In this document: in pieces, positions 33,619 through 41,983 of the stretch | Numbering within the stretch: position 1 is the first letter of the stretch | Layout of the letters: every line of letters begins with the position of its first letter | Virus record (IMG/VR): IMGVR_UViG_3300046717_000245 | Coordinates: 1-44,102 of that record | Reading direction: 5' to 3' (one strand) | Length of the DNA: 44,102 nucleotides | Source: a virus | Lineage: Duplodnaviria > Caudoviricetes | Translations under genes and position numbers: made by a program | The notes under the pieces: generated by a model | What the model was told of the DNA's origin: nothing | The model's input: the letters and a program-made list of their open reading frames with translations, nothing else | The model's database searches: none

Positions 33619-35604
33619 TTACGCCGCGCTGTTGATGCGAACGATGGTTTCGATTTTCTCGATGGTCCCGTTCAGATCGAGCTCGAGGGTCCCGTGCAAC
33701 GTCGGCGTCGGGTTGGCTTCCGAGATCTTCAGGTTGTCGGTGCGGCTCGCCGTCCAGGCCGCCGCGCTCGCCCGGGGCCCCTCGGGCTTGTCTTGCAAGA
33801 GAGCGATCGCGAGGGCGCTATTCACCTTGCCCTCGAGCACCCGAAGACTCGCCTCGAACGCCGTGCCGTCCGGCTTCAGCTCGGCGACGAAGCCGATCGC
33901 GTTCTCCGTCTCGGCCTGGCACACGCTGCTCGCGACGTTCGCAACGGCCATGTTGTGGGTGCGCGAAAGCATCGAGCCGTCGAGAGCTCGCGTGAGCGAA
34001 AGAGCGATGAACGCGCCGGCCGGCCCGTTGGCCCACGTGCGAAAGCACGTGAACCGTGCCGCCAGGCAGCCGCCGTCAATTCGCTCGTCGTATTCGACGG
34101 TGTTGCCCTCTTCGTCTTCGAGATCCCAGCCGTCACACTTCCCGTGGGCCTTGTACCAAGTCGGGATGTGGACATCGTGCTGGTACTCGCGGAGCGACGT
34201 GGCCCACTGCACCGGACGTCGCATCCGGTAGCCCGTAATGCGCGACGCCTTGCGCGCACGCCCGGCGCCCAAGTCGACGCGTGGCTCGTCATCGATGTCA
34301 GCGAACTCGGCGTCGACGGCGGCGACCCATTCGGCCTTCTCTTCGCCGGCCCGGATGACGACCGTGCCATAAGACCCGATCACTTCGGCCGCGAGGTCGG
34401 CCGTGTCGAGCGTCAACACCGTTGGCGTCACCGTCGTGATCAGCGCATCGCTGATGTTGTTCGAGGCCGTGCCGGTCACGGTGATTCGGTCGCCGGCGGC
34501 GAAATTGTCGGCAAGCCACGATCCGCCGCTTCGCGCGATCGTGTCACCTGTGCCGCCCACTTCCGCGAACGTCAGGCCATGCGACCCGACCACGGTGGCC
34601 GTCGAGATGGGGCCCTCGTTGATCAGATCCGTCGTGCCGAACGTCAGCACGGCGTCGGTCAGCGAAGCGATCGGGCCCGTCACGTTGTTCGCGCCGGCCG
34701 ACGCGACCGCGCCCGACACCGTCACGACCATTCCCACTGCGAACGCGTCGTCGATCCAAGATCCATCCGAGCGCGTAATCGTGTCGCCCGTGCCGCCCAC
34801 TTCCGCGAACGTGAGGTTCGGCGTCCCAGTGATGCGAACGCGCACGCGCGACATCGCCGCCTGGCGCTTGCGGTCGCGCACCTGTGCGCGCGCGAACACG
34901 TACCTCGTGTTCGACGTCTCGTACGCGTTTGCCTCGGTCACGAGATCCGACGCGTCGTCCTCCTCGACCAGGTCGCCGACGACGAGCCACGATCGCACTT
35001 GCCGCTGCTGCGCGGCCAGAGCTTCGCGCGCGGCGGTGAGTCCGTCGGAGTCCCAGCGCGGCGCCGTCGTCGAGAAGGTGAGCACCGCGTCGCCCTCCTT
35101 CAGATCGCCGGGCGCAAGGCTGAGAACGAATCCGAAATAGGGGATCGTGTAGCTCGAGGCCGTGCCGACGCGCGCCTTTTTCGTCGTGCGGCCGCCATCG
35201 AGCGAGAGGCCGAGAATGATCTGGTCGGTGCCGACGTCGCCGCCCTGAAGCACGGTCACGACGCCGTCGACGTCGTCGAGCACGCCGGCGGCGCCGGCGG
35301 CGACCGACACCACGCTCGAGCCGCTGTTGCCCGACGCGTTGATCCGGCCGATGGTTCCGGCGGTGGCGATCGGCATGCCGACGAAAACGATCTGCTTTTG
35401 CGTCTCCTCGAAGTGGTGCGCCGAGTACTCGACGCCTTGCGCATAGCCGTGTTTGGCGAGCAGGGCTTTCGACGACGAGAAGAGGCGCGGCGTCAAGTCG
35501 GCGTTCTGCCCGACGCACGCGAATACCGCGATGAGGTCCGTCCCTCCCGCTTGCGCGCCGGCTTGGTCGTCGATGGTCGTTGTCGCTCGCGGCAGATCAG
35601 CCAT
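33619..35604 (-). CDS. Tail sheath protein with two inserted tandem domains
   Basis: Sheath-like N- and C-termini; internal duplicate LTFAEVGGTGDTI.RS.GSW..D.F..G..(V/I)TV.G. Confidence 0.8.
   Translation of the reverse strand: MADLPRATTTIDDQAGAQAGGTDLIAVFACVGQNADLTPRLFSSSKALLAKHGYAQGVEYSAHHFEETQKQIVFVGMPIATAGTIGRINASGNSGSSVVSVAAGAAGVLDDVDGVVTVLQGGDVGTDQIILGLSLDGGRTTKKARVGTASSYTIPYFGFVLSLAPGDLKEGDAVLTFSTTAPRWDSDGLTAAREALAAQQRQVRSWLVVGDLVEEDDASDLVTEANAYETSNTRYVFARAQVRDRKRQAAMSRVRVRITGTPNLTFAEVGGTGDTITRSDGSWIDDAFAVGMVVTVSGAVASAGANNVTGPIASLTDAVLTFGTTDLINEGPISTATVVGSHGLTFAEVGGTGDTIARSGGSWLADNFAAGDRITVTGTASNNISDALITTVTPTVLTLDTADLAAEVIGSYGTVVIRAGEEKAEWVAAVDAEFADIDDEPRVDLGAGRARKASRITGYRMRRPVQWATSLREYQHDVHIPTWYKAHGKCDGWDLEDEEGNTVEYDERIDGGCLAARFTCFRTWANGPAGAFIALSLTRALDGSMLSRTHNMAVANVASSVCQAETENAIGFVAELKPDGTAFEASLRVLEGKVNSALAIALLQDKPEGPRASAAAWTASRTDNLKISEANPTPTLHGTLELDLNGTIEKIETIVRINSAA
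34550..34812. repeat. 23-bp identical direct repeat marking the sheath internal duplication
   Basis: GTGCCGCCCACTTCCGCGAACGT at 34550-34572 and 34790-34812. Confidence 0.85.
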
Positions 35605-35615
35605 GGTCAGTCTCC

Positions 35616-36173
35616 CTATTCGGATGCGACTTCGTCGCCCACCTTCACCGTGTGAACGAGATCGAAGTCAGTGCCGAGCACCGCTTCGTCGTTGGCGTTG
35701 CCTTCCCACGTCACCCGCCAGACCACGCGATCGATGGCGAAGTCGAGCTCGTACACGGCGCCGTTGAAGAGCTCCGTCCCCTTCTCGTCCTCGAGCAGCA
35801 CGAACCCGCCGCCGCCGAGCTTGAGCGTGTTCTTTCGCGTCACCCGCACGATCACGTCGAGCTCGGCGAGAACGTGGTCGAGCACCTTCTGCGCCCGGCG
35901 CGAGTGGTCGTTCCACGCCGCACCCGCGACGTTGCTTCGAGCGTAGATGTGCAACTTCGCCGCCTGGTCGCGATTGAAGAGGGCCGGGGGGTTCTTGTGC
36001 GTGGCCCGCGGCGCTGCGAACGAGTCGCGCTTTTCGTTCACCGCATAGTCGATCGCGATGTGCTCCTTGGCCGATGAAAGGAGCTTGGCCGACTCGAACC
36101 CGAACGCGACCGGGAACGGGACGTGCTGCACCTTGAGCGCGGCGTGGAGCTCCTTGGCGATCTCGTAAAGCAT
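35616..36173 (-). CDS. Tail terminator/completion protein
   Basis: Synteny immediately upstream of sheath; coupled start. Confidence 0.55.
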   Translation of the reverse strand: MLYEIAKELHAALKVQHVPFPVAFGFESAKLLSSAKEHIAIDYAVNEKRDSFAAPRATHKNPPALFNRDQAAKLHIYARSNVAGAAWNDHSRRAQKVLDHVLAELDVIVRVTRKNTLKLGGGGFVLLEDEKGTELFNGAVYELDFAIDRVVWRVTWEGNANDEAVLGTDFDLVHTVKVGDEVASE

Positions 36174-36559
36174 CAGCCGAGCTCCCGCTGAATCACTTCG
36201 TTCGACTTTGCGCGAAGAGCTTGCACGTACGCGACCGGCAACCTCGAGCGCGGAAACACCGGCCGCTTGCCGACCTGGTAACGGGCGTATCGGGGGCCGA
36301 GCGCGGCCCGAAGCCGCGTCCCCACCGCGACGTACGAAAAGCGTGCGAGCGCCCCCGACTTGCGAAGCGTCACCTTTTGCCCGTGCATGCCGGGGGCCCA
36401 TGTGTCGGCGAACGCGTTCTCGCCGGCGGCGAACGTCTTGCGCGCGAGGTCCGTGATCGTTTGCGCCGTCGCGATCGCGACCTTTGCGCCGACCACGCGC
36501 GGGAGATCGCGCAGGTTGCGCTCGAGCGCGCGCAGCTTGGAGAGATCGCCGCGCATCAT
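36173..36559 (-). CDS. Virion morphogenesis / tail completion protein (Mu gpG-like)
   Basis: FAAGEN..TWAP...LRKSGAL...YARYQ..KRPVFP. Confidence 0.7.
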   Translation of the reverse strand: MMRGDLSKLRALERNLRDLPRVVGAKVAIATAQTITDLARKTFAAGENAFADTWAPGMHGQKVTLRKSGALARFSYVAVGTRLRAALGPRYARYQVGKRPVFPRSRLPVAYVQALRAKSNEVIQRELG

Positions 36560-37194
36560 GGCAACGTCCCTCCAGTTGGCCCCCACCGGCGCGCGTCGGC
36601 CGTCGCGCCTGCCGAGATCGCGAGGTTCGCCGACGCGGTGGCACGCGCATCGCGGATCGGCAACCCCTTGGCCCATCGCTCGAGCTGCGCCTTCGCGTCG
36701 AGCTCGGCGTCTTTCATGCTCACGCTCGTCTTGCCGTTGAGGCGCTGAAGCTCCTTGAACGCGAGCTTCGCGACCGTCCCGGTGATGACTTTCGGATATG
36801 GCGCGGTGAGCGGCACCATGTGCGCCGGGATGAACGGGTCGACGAATCGCGAGTAGTACTCGAGCACATCGTCGATCGGCAGCGCCTTGACGACCACGAC
36901 CGAAACGCCGTCGGTGGTGAGATCGATCGGCGATCCGGCGGGGCCGACCTGAAACGTGCTGTCGGTCAGGCGGATCGCCGGATACCCCTCGCCGGCGACG
37001 AGCGGAGCGGGCACGTTGCCGCCCTCCTCCGCGCGAAACTGCACCATGTCTTCCGTCTCGAAGCCGTGGCCGTCGAGCTCGAACACGTCGGTTGCCGCGA
37101 GGACCGATGCACACACGCGCCCGGGATTGGCCAGCTCGCTCGGCTGGCCACCGTATTTGAAGAGATCGGATCGGATCGCGTAAACGTCGGGCAT
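36556..37194 (-). CDS. Head-tail adaptor (Mu gp36-like) with inserted beta domain
   Basis: YA..SDL N-terminus, S.FVD.FI....VPL..PYP C-terminal half; insert HGFETEDMVQF..P.PL..G..Y. Confidence 0.65.
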   Translation of the reverse strand: MPDVYAIRSDLFKYGGQPSELANPGRVCASVLAATDVFELDGHGFETEDMVQFRAEEGGNVPAPLVAGEGYPAIRLTDSTFQVGPAGSPIDLTTDGVSVVVVKALPIDDVLEYYSRFVDPFIPAHMVPLTAPYPKVITGTVAKLAFKELQRLNGKTSVSMKDAELDAKAQLERWAKGLPIRDARATASANLAISAGATADARRWGPTGGTLP

Positions 37195-37204
37195 CGCCTT
37201 CTAT

Positions 37205-37245
37205 GCGCCAAAGCCCCGGCCCAACGAAGGGTGCGGGGCTGGCGC
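37205..37245 (-). terminator. Hairpin downstream of major capsid gene
   Basis: GCGCCA-AGCCCCG...CGGGGCT-GGCGC stem in the MCP/adaptor gap; no long U-tract. Confidence 0.4.
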
Positions 37246-37263
37246 GGCGCTACGCCGTTCGTG

Positions 37264-38214
37264 TTACGGAGCGGTACCGGCCCAACGCTGTATGGCGTGC
37301 GGCAGCGCGAGGACGCCGTTGCCGCGCAAGATGTAGGCGATGCCGATCTTGAGCGTCGTCTTGTAAAGAGCGTCCGTCTTGTCCTGCCGGATCTCTTCGG
37401 GCGAGCCCTCGTCCTGCACGATCCACGGACTCACGCCGGGCTTGTTCAGCGCGAGCGGGTACCATTTGTCATCGTTGTCGAGCTCGTCGGAGATGACCAG
37501 CTTCACGGTGCCCTTGTGCCGGTTCGGGACGGCGCCGAACTGCGAGCCGTCGCCGATGGCCTGGATGATCAGGTCCTGCTCGAGCATGTTCTTCCAGAGT
37601 TCCTCTTGCGCAGCGGGGGCGAGCACATGCGTCATGCGCAGGCCGAGCGGCTTGCCGTTCGCGGCCTTGATGCTGCGAAAGTTGGTCTTCGCAGTCGACA
37701 AATTGTCCAGCGTCGGATCGGTTCCCGCGCCGGTGATGTCGTTGTCGATCGTCCCGACGGACGGATCGAACACGTTCACCGGGTGATCGGAGGCGAAGAA
37801 CGTCTTGCCCGTCCAGCAAACCGCGTTCGCCGCGAGCGCGTCGGCGATGATCTCGTTCGGCAGCGACGTCGCAGCGACCGCCATGGCCGCGGGCTCGCCC
37901 GTCCAGCCGATGAAGTCGGGCGCCTCGATGATACTCGCGAGTTCAGCGACGCCGTCTTGCCATGTTTTCGGCTTGAGCTCGAGGCTCTTCTCGAAGAGCG
38001 CGCGGTACTTCAGATCGCCCTTGAATTCATGATACCCCGCCGCCGAAACGGGAATCGGATAGGTCGTCTTGAGCGCTCGCGAAGCCTTGTACAGGCCGAG
38101 TTCGCGCGCCCATGGCTCGACTCCGGATTGCGTGAGCGCCGCGGCGAAGTCCTGCGCGAACTCTTCGAGCGCCCGCTGTGCGTCCCTTGAGACGAGATCG
38201 AATTCTGAACCCAT
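37264..38214 (-). CDS. Major capsid protein (Mu gpT-like)
   Basis: CWTGKTFFASDHPVN, FRSIKAANGKPLGL...L.P, WY.L..KP...Q motifs; AAGGAG RBS. Confidence 0.88.
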   Translation of the reverse strand: MGSEFDLVSRDAQRALEEFAQDFAAALTQSGVEPWARELGLYKASRALKTTYPIPVSAAGYHEFKGDLKYRALFEKSLELKPKTWQDGVAELASIIEAPDFIGWTGEPAAMAVAATSLPNEIIADALAANAVCWTGKTFFASDHPVNVFDPSVGTIDNDITGAGTDPTLDNLSTAKTNFRSIKAANGKPLGLRMTHVLAPAAQEELWKNMLEQDLIIQAIGDGSQFGAVPNRHKGTVKLVISDELDNDDKWYPLALNKPGVSPWIVQDEGSPEEIRQDKTDALYKTTLKIGIAYILRGNGVLALPHAIQRWAGTAP

Positions 38215-38246
38215 GGCAGTGTTCTCCTTGTTCCCTCGTCAGGCGA

Positions 38247-39311
38247 TCAGGACGTCTGGATCTTGCGCTTGTAACGCAGCCGAACCGAATGCAGCATCAG
38301 GTCGTCGGTGCCGAGCAGACCCGCGGTCGGCGCCACGGTAAACGTCATGGTGTGCGCGCTAGCCGGAATGTCCGCCGCGGCGATTGTTCGGGTGAGCTTC
38401 TTCGTCGTCTTCGCGGCTGCGTTGCCGACGAGCGCATCCGTAACGCCGCCAGCGTCGGCGTCCGCATCGTGCAGATCGCCGGCCGTGAGAATGAACGCCG
38501 TGATCGTGAGCGTCGTCGCGTCACCGACGGTCGCGCCGCTCTTCGAGCACAAAAACTCGAGCTGGGCATTCGCGGTGTCGTCGAGATCCGGCGGCAGGCT
38601 GACCTGACAAAGTGCCGTGCCCGGCGTGGCGTCGTTGTTCCATCGGAGGTTCAGCGCCTCGGAATCGGCGAGGTTGAATCCGAACGTCGGAGAGCCGGCC
38701 GAGACGAACTTCGCGAGCGGGTCCCCGTCTGCGTCAAGGAACGACGTCAACGGGACGTGCACGTAGGCGTTCGCGGTTGACGCATCGGCCTCGAGCGCAT
38801 CGATGTCCACCTGCGCTGTGTCGAGCTGCGAGGCCTCGCTCGCCGCGATGACGATGAGCGCCACGACGTGGGGGCCCATCCAGACGAAAACCTGGCCGTC
38901 GCGCACTTCGGTGATGAGGCCGGCGATGCCGCGCGTGTCCGTACCGTTCGTCAGGGCGACCGTTTGGTCGTCGACGACGTAGCAGACCTTTCCGACGTCG
39001 TCGGCGGCAATGTCGTCGCCGCCGCCCGTTGCGGAGACGAACCCGAAAACGCCGTACTCGACCTCGACGTCGACCGCGTCGGCCGCTCCGCCGAGCGCCG
39101 ATCCGGTGCGGTTGTCGTAGGTCGCCGACGCCTTACCGAGCGCCGCGAGACAACCGTTCGCGATCGTGTCGCCGGGCATGGCGCGCCCGGCCGAATCCTT
39201 GCCGACGAGGGCTCCCTTGAAAATGCGAACGTTCGCCTTGATGCCGTACGTGCCGCGTGCGGGGAACTGGCCAGCGAATTTCGTCATGCGCTCGATTGAA
39301 AGTGCGGTCAT
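38247..39311 (-). CDS. Capsid decoration/cement protein with C-terminal extension
   Basis: IFKGALVG...DN..G...V..GVF...I...DVGK.CYVVDDQTV, followed by coiled linker and beta domain. Confidence 0.7.
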   Translation of the reverse strand: MTALSIERMTKFAGQFPARGTYGIKANVRIFKGALVGKDSAGRAMPGDTIANGCLAALGKASATYDNRTGSALGGAADAVDVEVEYGVFGFVSATGGGDDIAADDVGKVCYVVDDQTVALTNGTDTRGIAGLITEVRDGQVFVWMGPHVVALIVIAASEASQLDTAQVDIDALEADASTANAYVHVPLTSFLDADGDPLAKFVSAGSPTFGFNLADSEALNLRWNNDATPGTALCQVSLPPDLDDTANAQLEFLCSKSGATVGDATTLTITAFILTAGDLHDADADAGGVTDALVGNAAAKTTKKLTRTIAAADIPASAHTMTFTVAPTAGLLGTDDLMLHSVRLRYKRKIQTS

Positions 39312-39314
39312 GGC

Positions 39315-40007
39315 TCAGGCTCCCTGTACGTTGCTGGCGTTTCGCGCCTTGATGCCGGCGCGCGTTGCGGCGTACTTCTCCGGGTCGATCTTCTTCTCGC
39401 TGCACATCGCGAGCTCACGGGCGCTGAGCCCGTGCGTTTCAGTCCCAGCGGGCGGGCGCGGCGAATCGCGGCGGCCGTTCACCGCGGACAGTTTCGCAAC
39501 GCGCGCACGAAGTTCCGCGATCGGCTCGTCGGCCAGGCGTTTCACGGGCGTCTTGCCGTCCGGAACTCCCGCGCCGTCGGGGGCCCAGGCCGTCGCCGGC
39601 GTCTCGGCGGACAGCTTCACGAGCTCGCCCACGAGGCGTCGGCGCTCACCGCCCTCGAGCGTTGCGCGCTCTTCTGAAAGCGCCGCGCGTTGCTTCTCGA
39701 GCACGAGGTGCGACGTGCGCCAGGCCTCGATCTCGGTGATCGCCGCACCGATGTCGGCCTTGTCGGCGAGGCGAGCGATCGTTCGCGAGGCGATCGAAAG
39801 CCGCTTCGCTGCGACCATGGGAGCGGGCTCGCCTTCCTTCGGCGCATCGCCGGCCGCGGCGGCGGGGTCTCCGGCGGCGGGCGTGCCGTTGGCCGCGTCC
39901 TGGATCTTCTTCACCATGGCCGCGACGGTCGCCAATACATCCTCGACGTTGGCATCCGCGCCGAGTCCCAATGCTTCGGCGATCTGTGCGAATTGTTCCG
40001 GGCTCAT
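39315..40007 (-). CDS. Nested in-frame scaffold protein (Mu gpZ-like)
   Basis: Internal ATG (MSPEQF) preceded by GGAGGAG right after the protease domain. Confidence 0.65.
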   Translation of the reverse strand: MSPEQFAQIAEALGLGADANVEDVLATVAAMVKKIQDAANGTPAAGDPAAAAGDAPKEGEPAPMVAAKRLSIASRTIARLADKADIGAAITEIEAWRTSHLVLEKQRAALSEERATLEGGERRRLVGELVKLSAETPATAWAPDGAGVPDGKTPVKRLADEPIAELRARVAKLSAVNGRRDSPRPPAGTETHGLSARELAMCSEKKIDPEKYAATRAGIKARNASNVQGA

Positions 40008-40520
40008 GGCTACTCCTCCGCCGTTGGTTTGACTGGCCGCGACGAGCGGCTCGATGTGATCGATGGCTGGCATTGCAACGATCGCGACGTTGTGAATCGC
40101 CATGATCTGGCGAGAGTCCTTGGCGAACGCGAAGAACGGCGAGATGTAGCGCTGCCGCTTGTCGCGCAAGCGGGCCTCGCCGTCCGGCGTCCAGGTGACA
40201 TCGACCGCCCAAAGCTCGGGGCCCGCCGGGCTTTGGCGAAGCTCGAGCTTGCACCAGCCTCGGGCGTCCGGATCGTAGGCATTCGACTCCTGCTCGAGCG
40301 AAAGGTGCTCGAGGTCGATCATCACGTCGACGCCGTGCGCTCGGTATTCCGCCATCACCGCCGCCGCGGCCTTCGCGTCGAAGACGAACGGCTGCTCGGC
40401 GTTTGTCGTTACGTTCAGCCCGGCGGTGAAGATCCGAAACTCCGCGGGGAGCGCATCGCCGTTGAAGATCACGGCGAGAGCCATGGTCTTGTGCCAGCGA
40501 TTGCGTGCGGGGATCGGCAT
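39315..40520 (-). CDS. Mu gpI-like prohead protease-scaffold (alternative start 40484)
   Basis: IDLEH, DARGW, V.WTP.G...L...RYISP.F, VAIVAMPA motifs. Confidence 0.88.
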   Translation of the reverse strand: MPIPARNRWHKTMALAVIFNGDALPAEFRIFTAGLNVTTNAEQPFVFDAKAAAAVMAEYRAHGVDVMIDLEHLSLEQESNAYDPDARGWCKLELRQSPAGPELWAVDVTWTPDGEARLRDKRQRYISPFFAFAKDSRQIMAIHNVAIVAMPAIDHIEPLVAASQTNGGGVAMSPEQFAQIAEALGLGADANVEDVLATVAAMVKKIQDAANGTPAAGDPAAAAGDAPKEGEPAPMVAAKRLSIASRTIARLADKADIGAAITEIEAWRTSHLVLEKQRAALSEERATLEGGERRRLVGELVKLSAETPATAWAPDGAGVPDGKTPVKRLADEPIAELRARVAKLSAVNGRRDSPRPPAGTETHGLSARELAMCSEKKIDPEKYAATRAGIKARNASNVQGA

Positions 40521-40612
40521 GTCCGTGGTAAAAAATGGGCGAGACCTTAGGCAACAAGCAAGATGTTTATGCTTTCCACTGGTAAGCATCAAAGGGACGA
40601 GGGAGGCTTCCG
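40521..40612. promoter_or_regulatory. Divergent late control region between protease and portal
   Basis: AT-richer gap; dyad ATGCTTTCCA-C-TGGTAAGCAT (40569-40589); GGGAGG RBS for portal. Confidence 0.5.
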
Positions 40613-41983
40613 ATGGGCGCAACATCCAAACGAGCCAACAAAATAAGGGTTGCGAGTGATTTTGATCTCGTACGGCTCGCGGCTGAATTGCGGACGCCGA
40701 AGGTTTCCACTGGAAACTATGCGTGGGACCTCGACGCGATCCGCGCGGCGCGGGACGCCCAAATGCTGGGACGCTTCAAGCTCCCGGCTCGTCTCGCCGA
40801 GTCGACGAGGACCGACTACGCGATCTTCGCCTCCTTCCTGAACCGGCTCGCGCCTCAACGCGGCTTGCCCGTGAAGCTCGAGTCGCCGAACGACACCGCG
40901 CGCGCCCTTCGTGTACGCGCCGAAGCGGAGGCCCTCTTTGGTCGCAAGGGAATCGGCATTCACCCGGACACGCTCTCGGACATCGACGGCACGCTCGCGA
41001 ACCACGGCGTCGCTTTCGCGGTGAACGTCGTCACGCCGCGCGAGGATGGCTCTCGTGTGGATTTCGCGGTGAAGTCCTGGCCGATCGAGTTCGTACGATG
41101 GGATCCAATCTGTCGGGCCTACAAGACGCTCGTCGAAGGAGCCGGCGAGGAAATGATCTGCCACGGCGATGGTCGGTGGACCGTTTTCCAGGAGCACGAG
41201 CTCGAGCCTTGGAAGTACGGGGCGATCCTCCCGGTATCGTTCCTCTGGGCCGACCACGCGTACGGCGTTCGCGATCGCGCCAACTCGTCGAACGCGCACG
41301 GCAACGCGAAAGTCGTCGGCACCATGCCCGACGGCGTGGCGCTCGAAGACGAGACGGGCCTCACGAAAGAGGCCAAGGCGTTCCTCGAGCTCCTTCGCGC
41401 GATCGCGAGCGTCGATACGCCGTTCGGAATCAAGCCATTCGGCTCGACCGTCGACTACATCACGAACGACTCAAAAGCGTGGGAGATCTTCAAGGAGATC
41501 ATTTCGAGCGGCGAGAAGGCCGCCGATCGCGTCTACCTCGGCCACGACGTAACGGCGACGGCCGCCGGCGGCGACGCGGTCGGATACCTCTTCGGCGTAC
41601 GCAACGACATCGTCGAGGGCTCGCTTCGCGCGATCGAGCGCGGGCTTCGCGAGGGCGCGATCGAGCCATGGGCCGCGATCAACTTCGGCGACTCGACGCT
41701 TGCTCCCGATCGCGTCTACCTCATGCCCGACGCCGACGAGGACGCGCGGCGCAAGTCGCTCGCCGAGCGCACCGCGGCGTTTCACGCGGCGATCAAGGCC
41801 GCGCGCGAGAACGAGTTCGAGGTCAACGAGACCTACGTCACGGCGCTGGCCGATGCCTTCGGCGTGACGGCGCCGACGCTCAAAGTCTCGACCCCCGCGC
41901 CGAGCGGGGCAGCGCTGCCGCCAGTCCCGTCGCCGGCGCCGCCGGTGCCCGGAGCGCCGCCGTTGCTGCGCTCAGTCCCTTGA
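40613..41983 (+). CDS. Portal protein (Mu gp29-like), on the strand opposite to other virion genes
   Basis: 456 aa between terL and protease; I.AA...A..G, D..I...L.NR, HG...VVG, IKPFG.TVDYI, W..F..II, YLG..VT, WAAINFG patterns; strong RBS; no other portal candidate in window. Confidence 0.75.
   Translation: MGATSKRANKIRVASDFDLVRLAAELRTPKVSTGNYAWDLDAIRAARDAQMLGRFKLPARLAESTRTDYAIFASFLNRLAPQRGLPVKLESPNDTARALRVRAEAEALFGRKGIGIHPDTLSDIDGTLANHGVAFAVNVVTPREDGSRVDFAVKSWPIEFVRWDPICRAYKTLVEGAGEEMICHGDGRWTVFQEHELEPWKYGAILPVSFLWADHAYGVRDRANSSNAHGNAKVVGTMPDGVALEDETGLTKEAKAFLELLRAIASVDTPFGIKPFGSTVDYITNDSKAWEIFKEIISSGEKAADRVYLGHDVTATAAGGDAVGYLFGVRNDIVEGSLRAIERGLREGAIEPWAAINFGDSTLAPDRVYLMPDADEDARRKSLAERTAAFHAAIKAARENEFEVNETYVTALADAFGVTAPTLKVSTPAPSGAALPPVPSPAPPVPGAPPLLRSVP

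Noticed and set aside
32618-38190. Long plus-strand ORFs (32618-34231, 33583-35655, 36484-38190) and similar antisense ORFs elsewhere
   Set aside because: Shadow frames of high-GC genes; Arg/His-rich translations without motifs or RBS
36173-41983. Transposable Mu-like phage
   Set aside because: Head genes are Mu-like but there is no DDE transposase or MuB ATPase; a tyrosine integrase, attP and initiator are present instead
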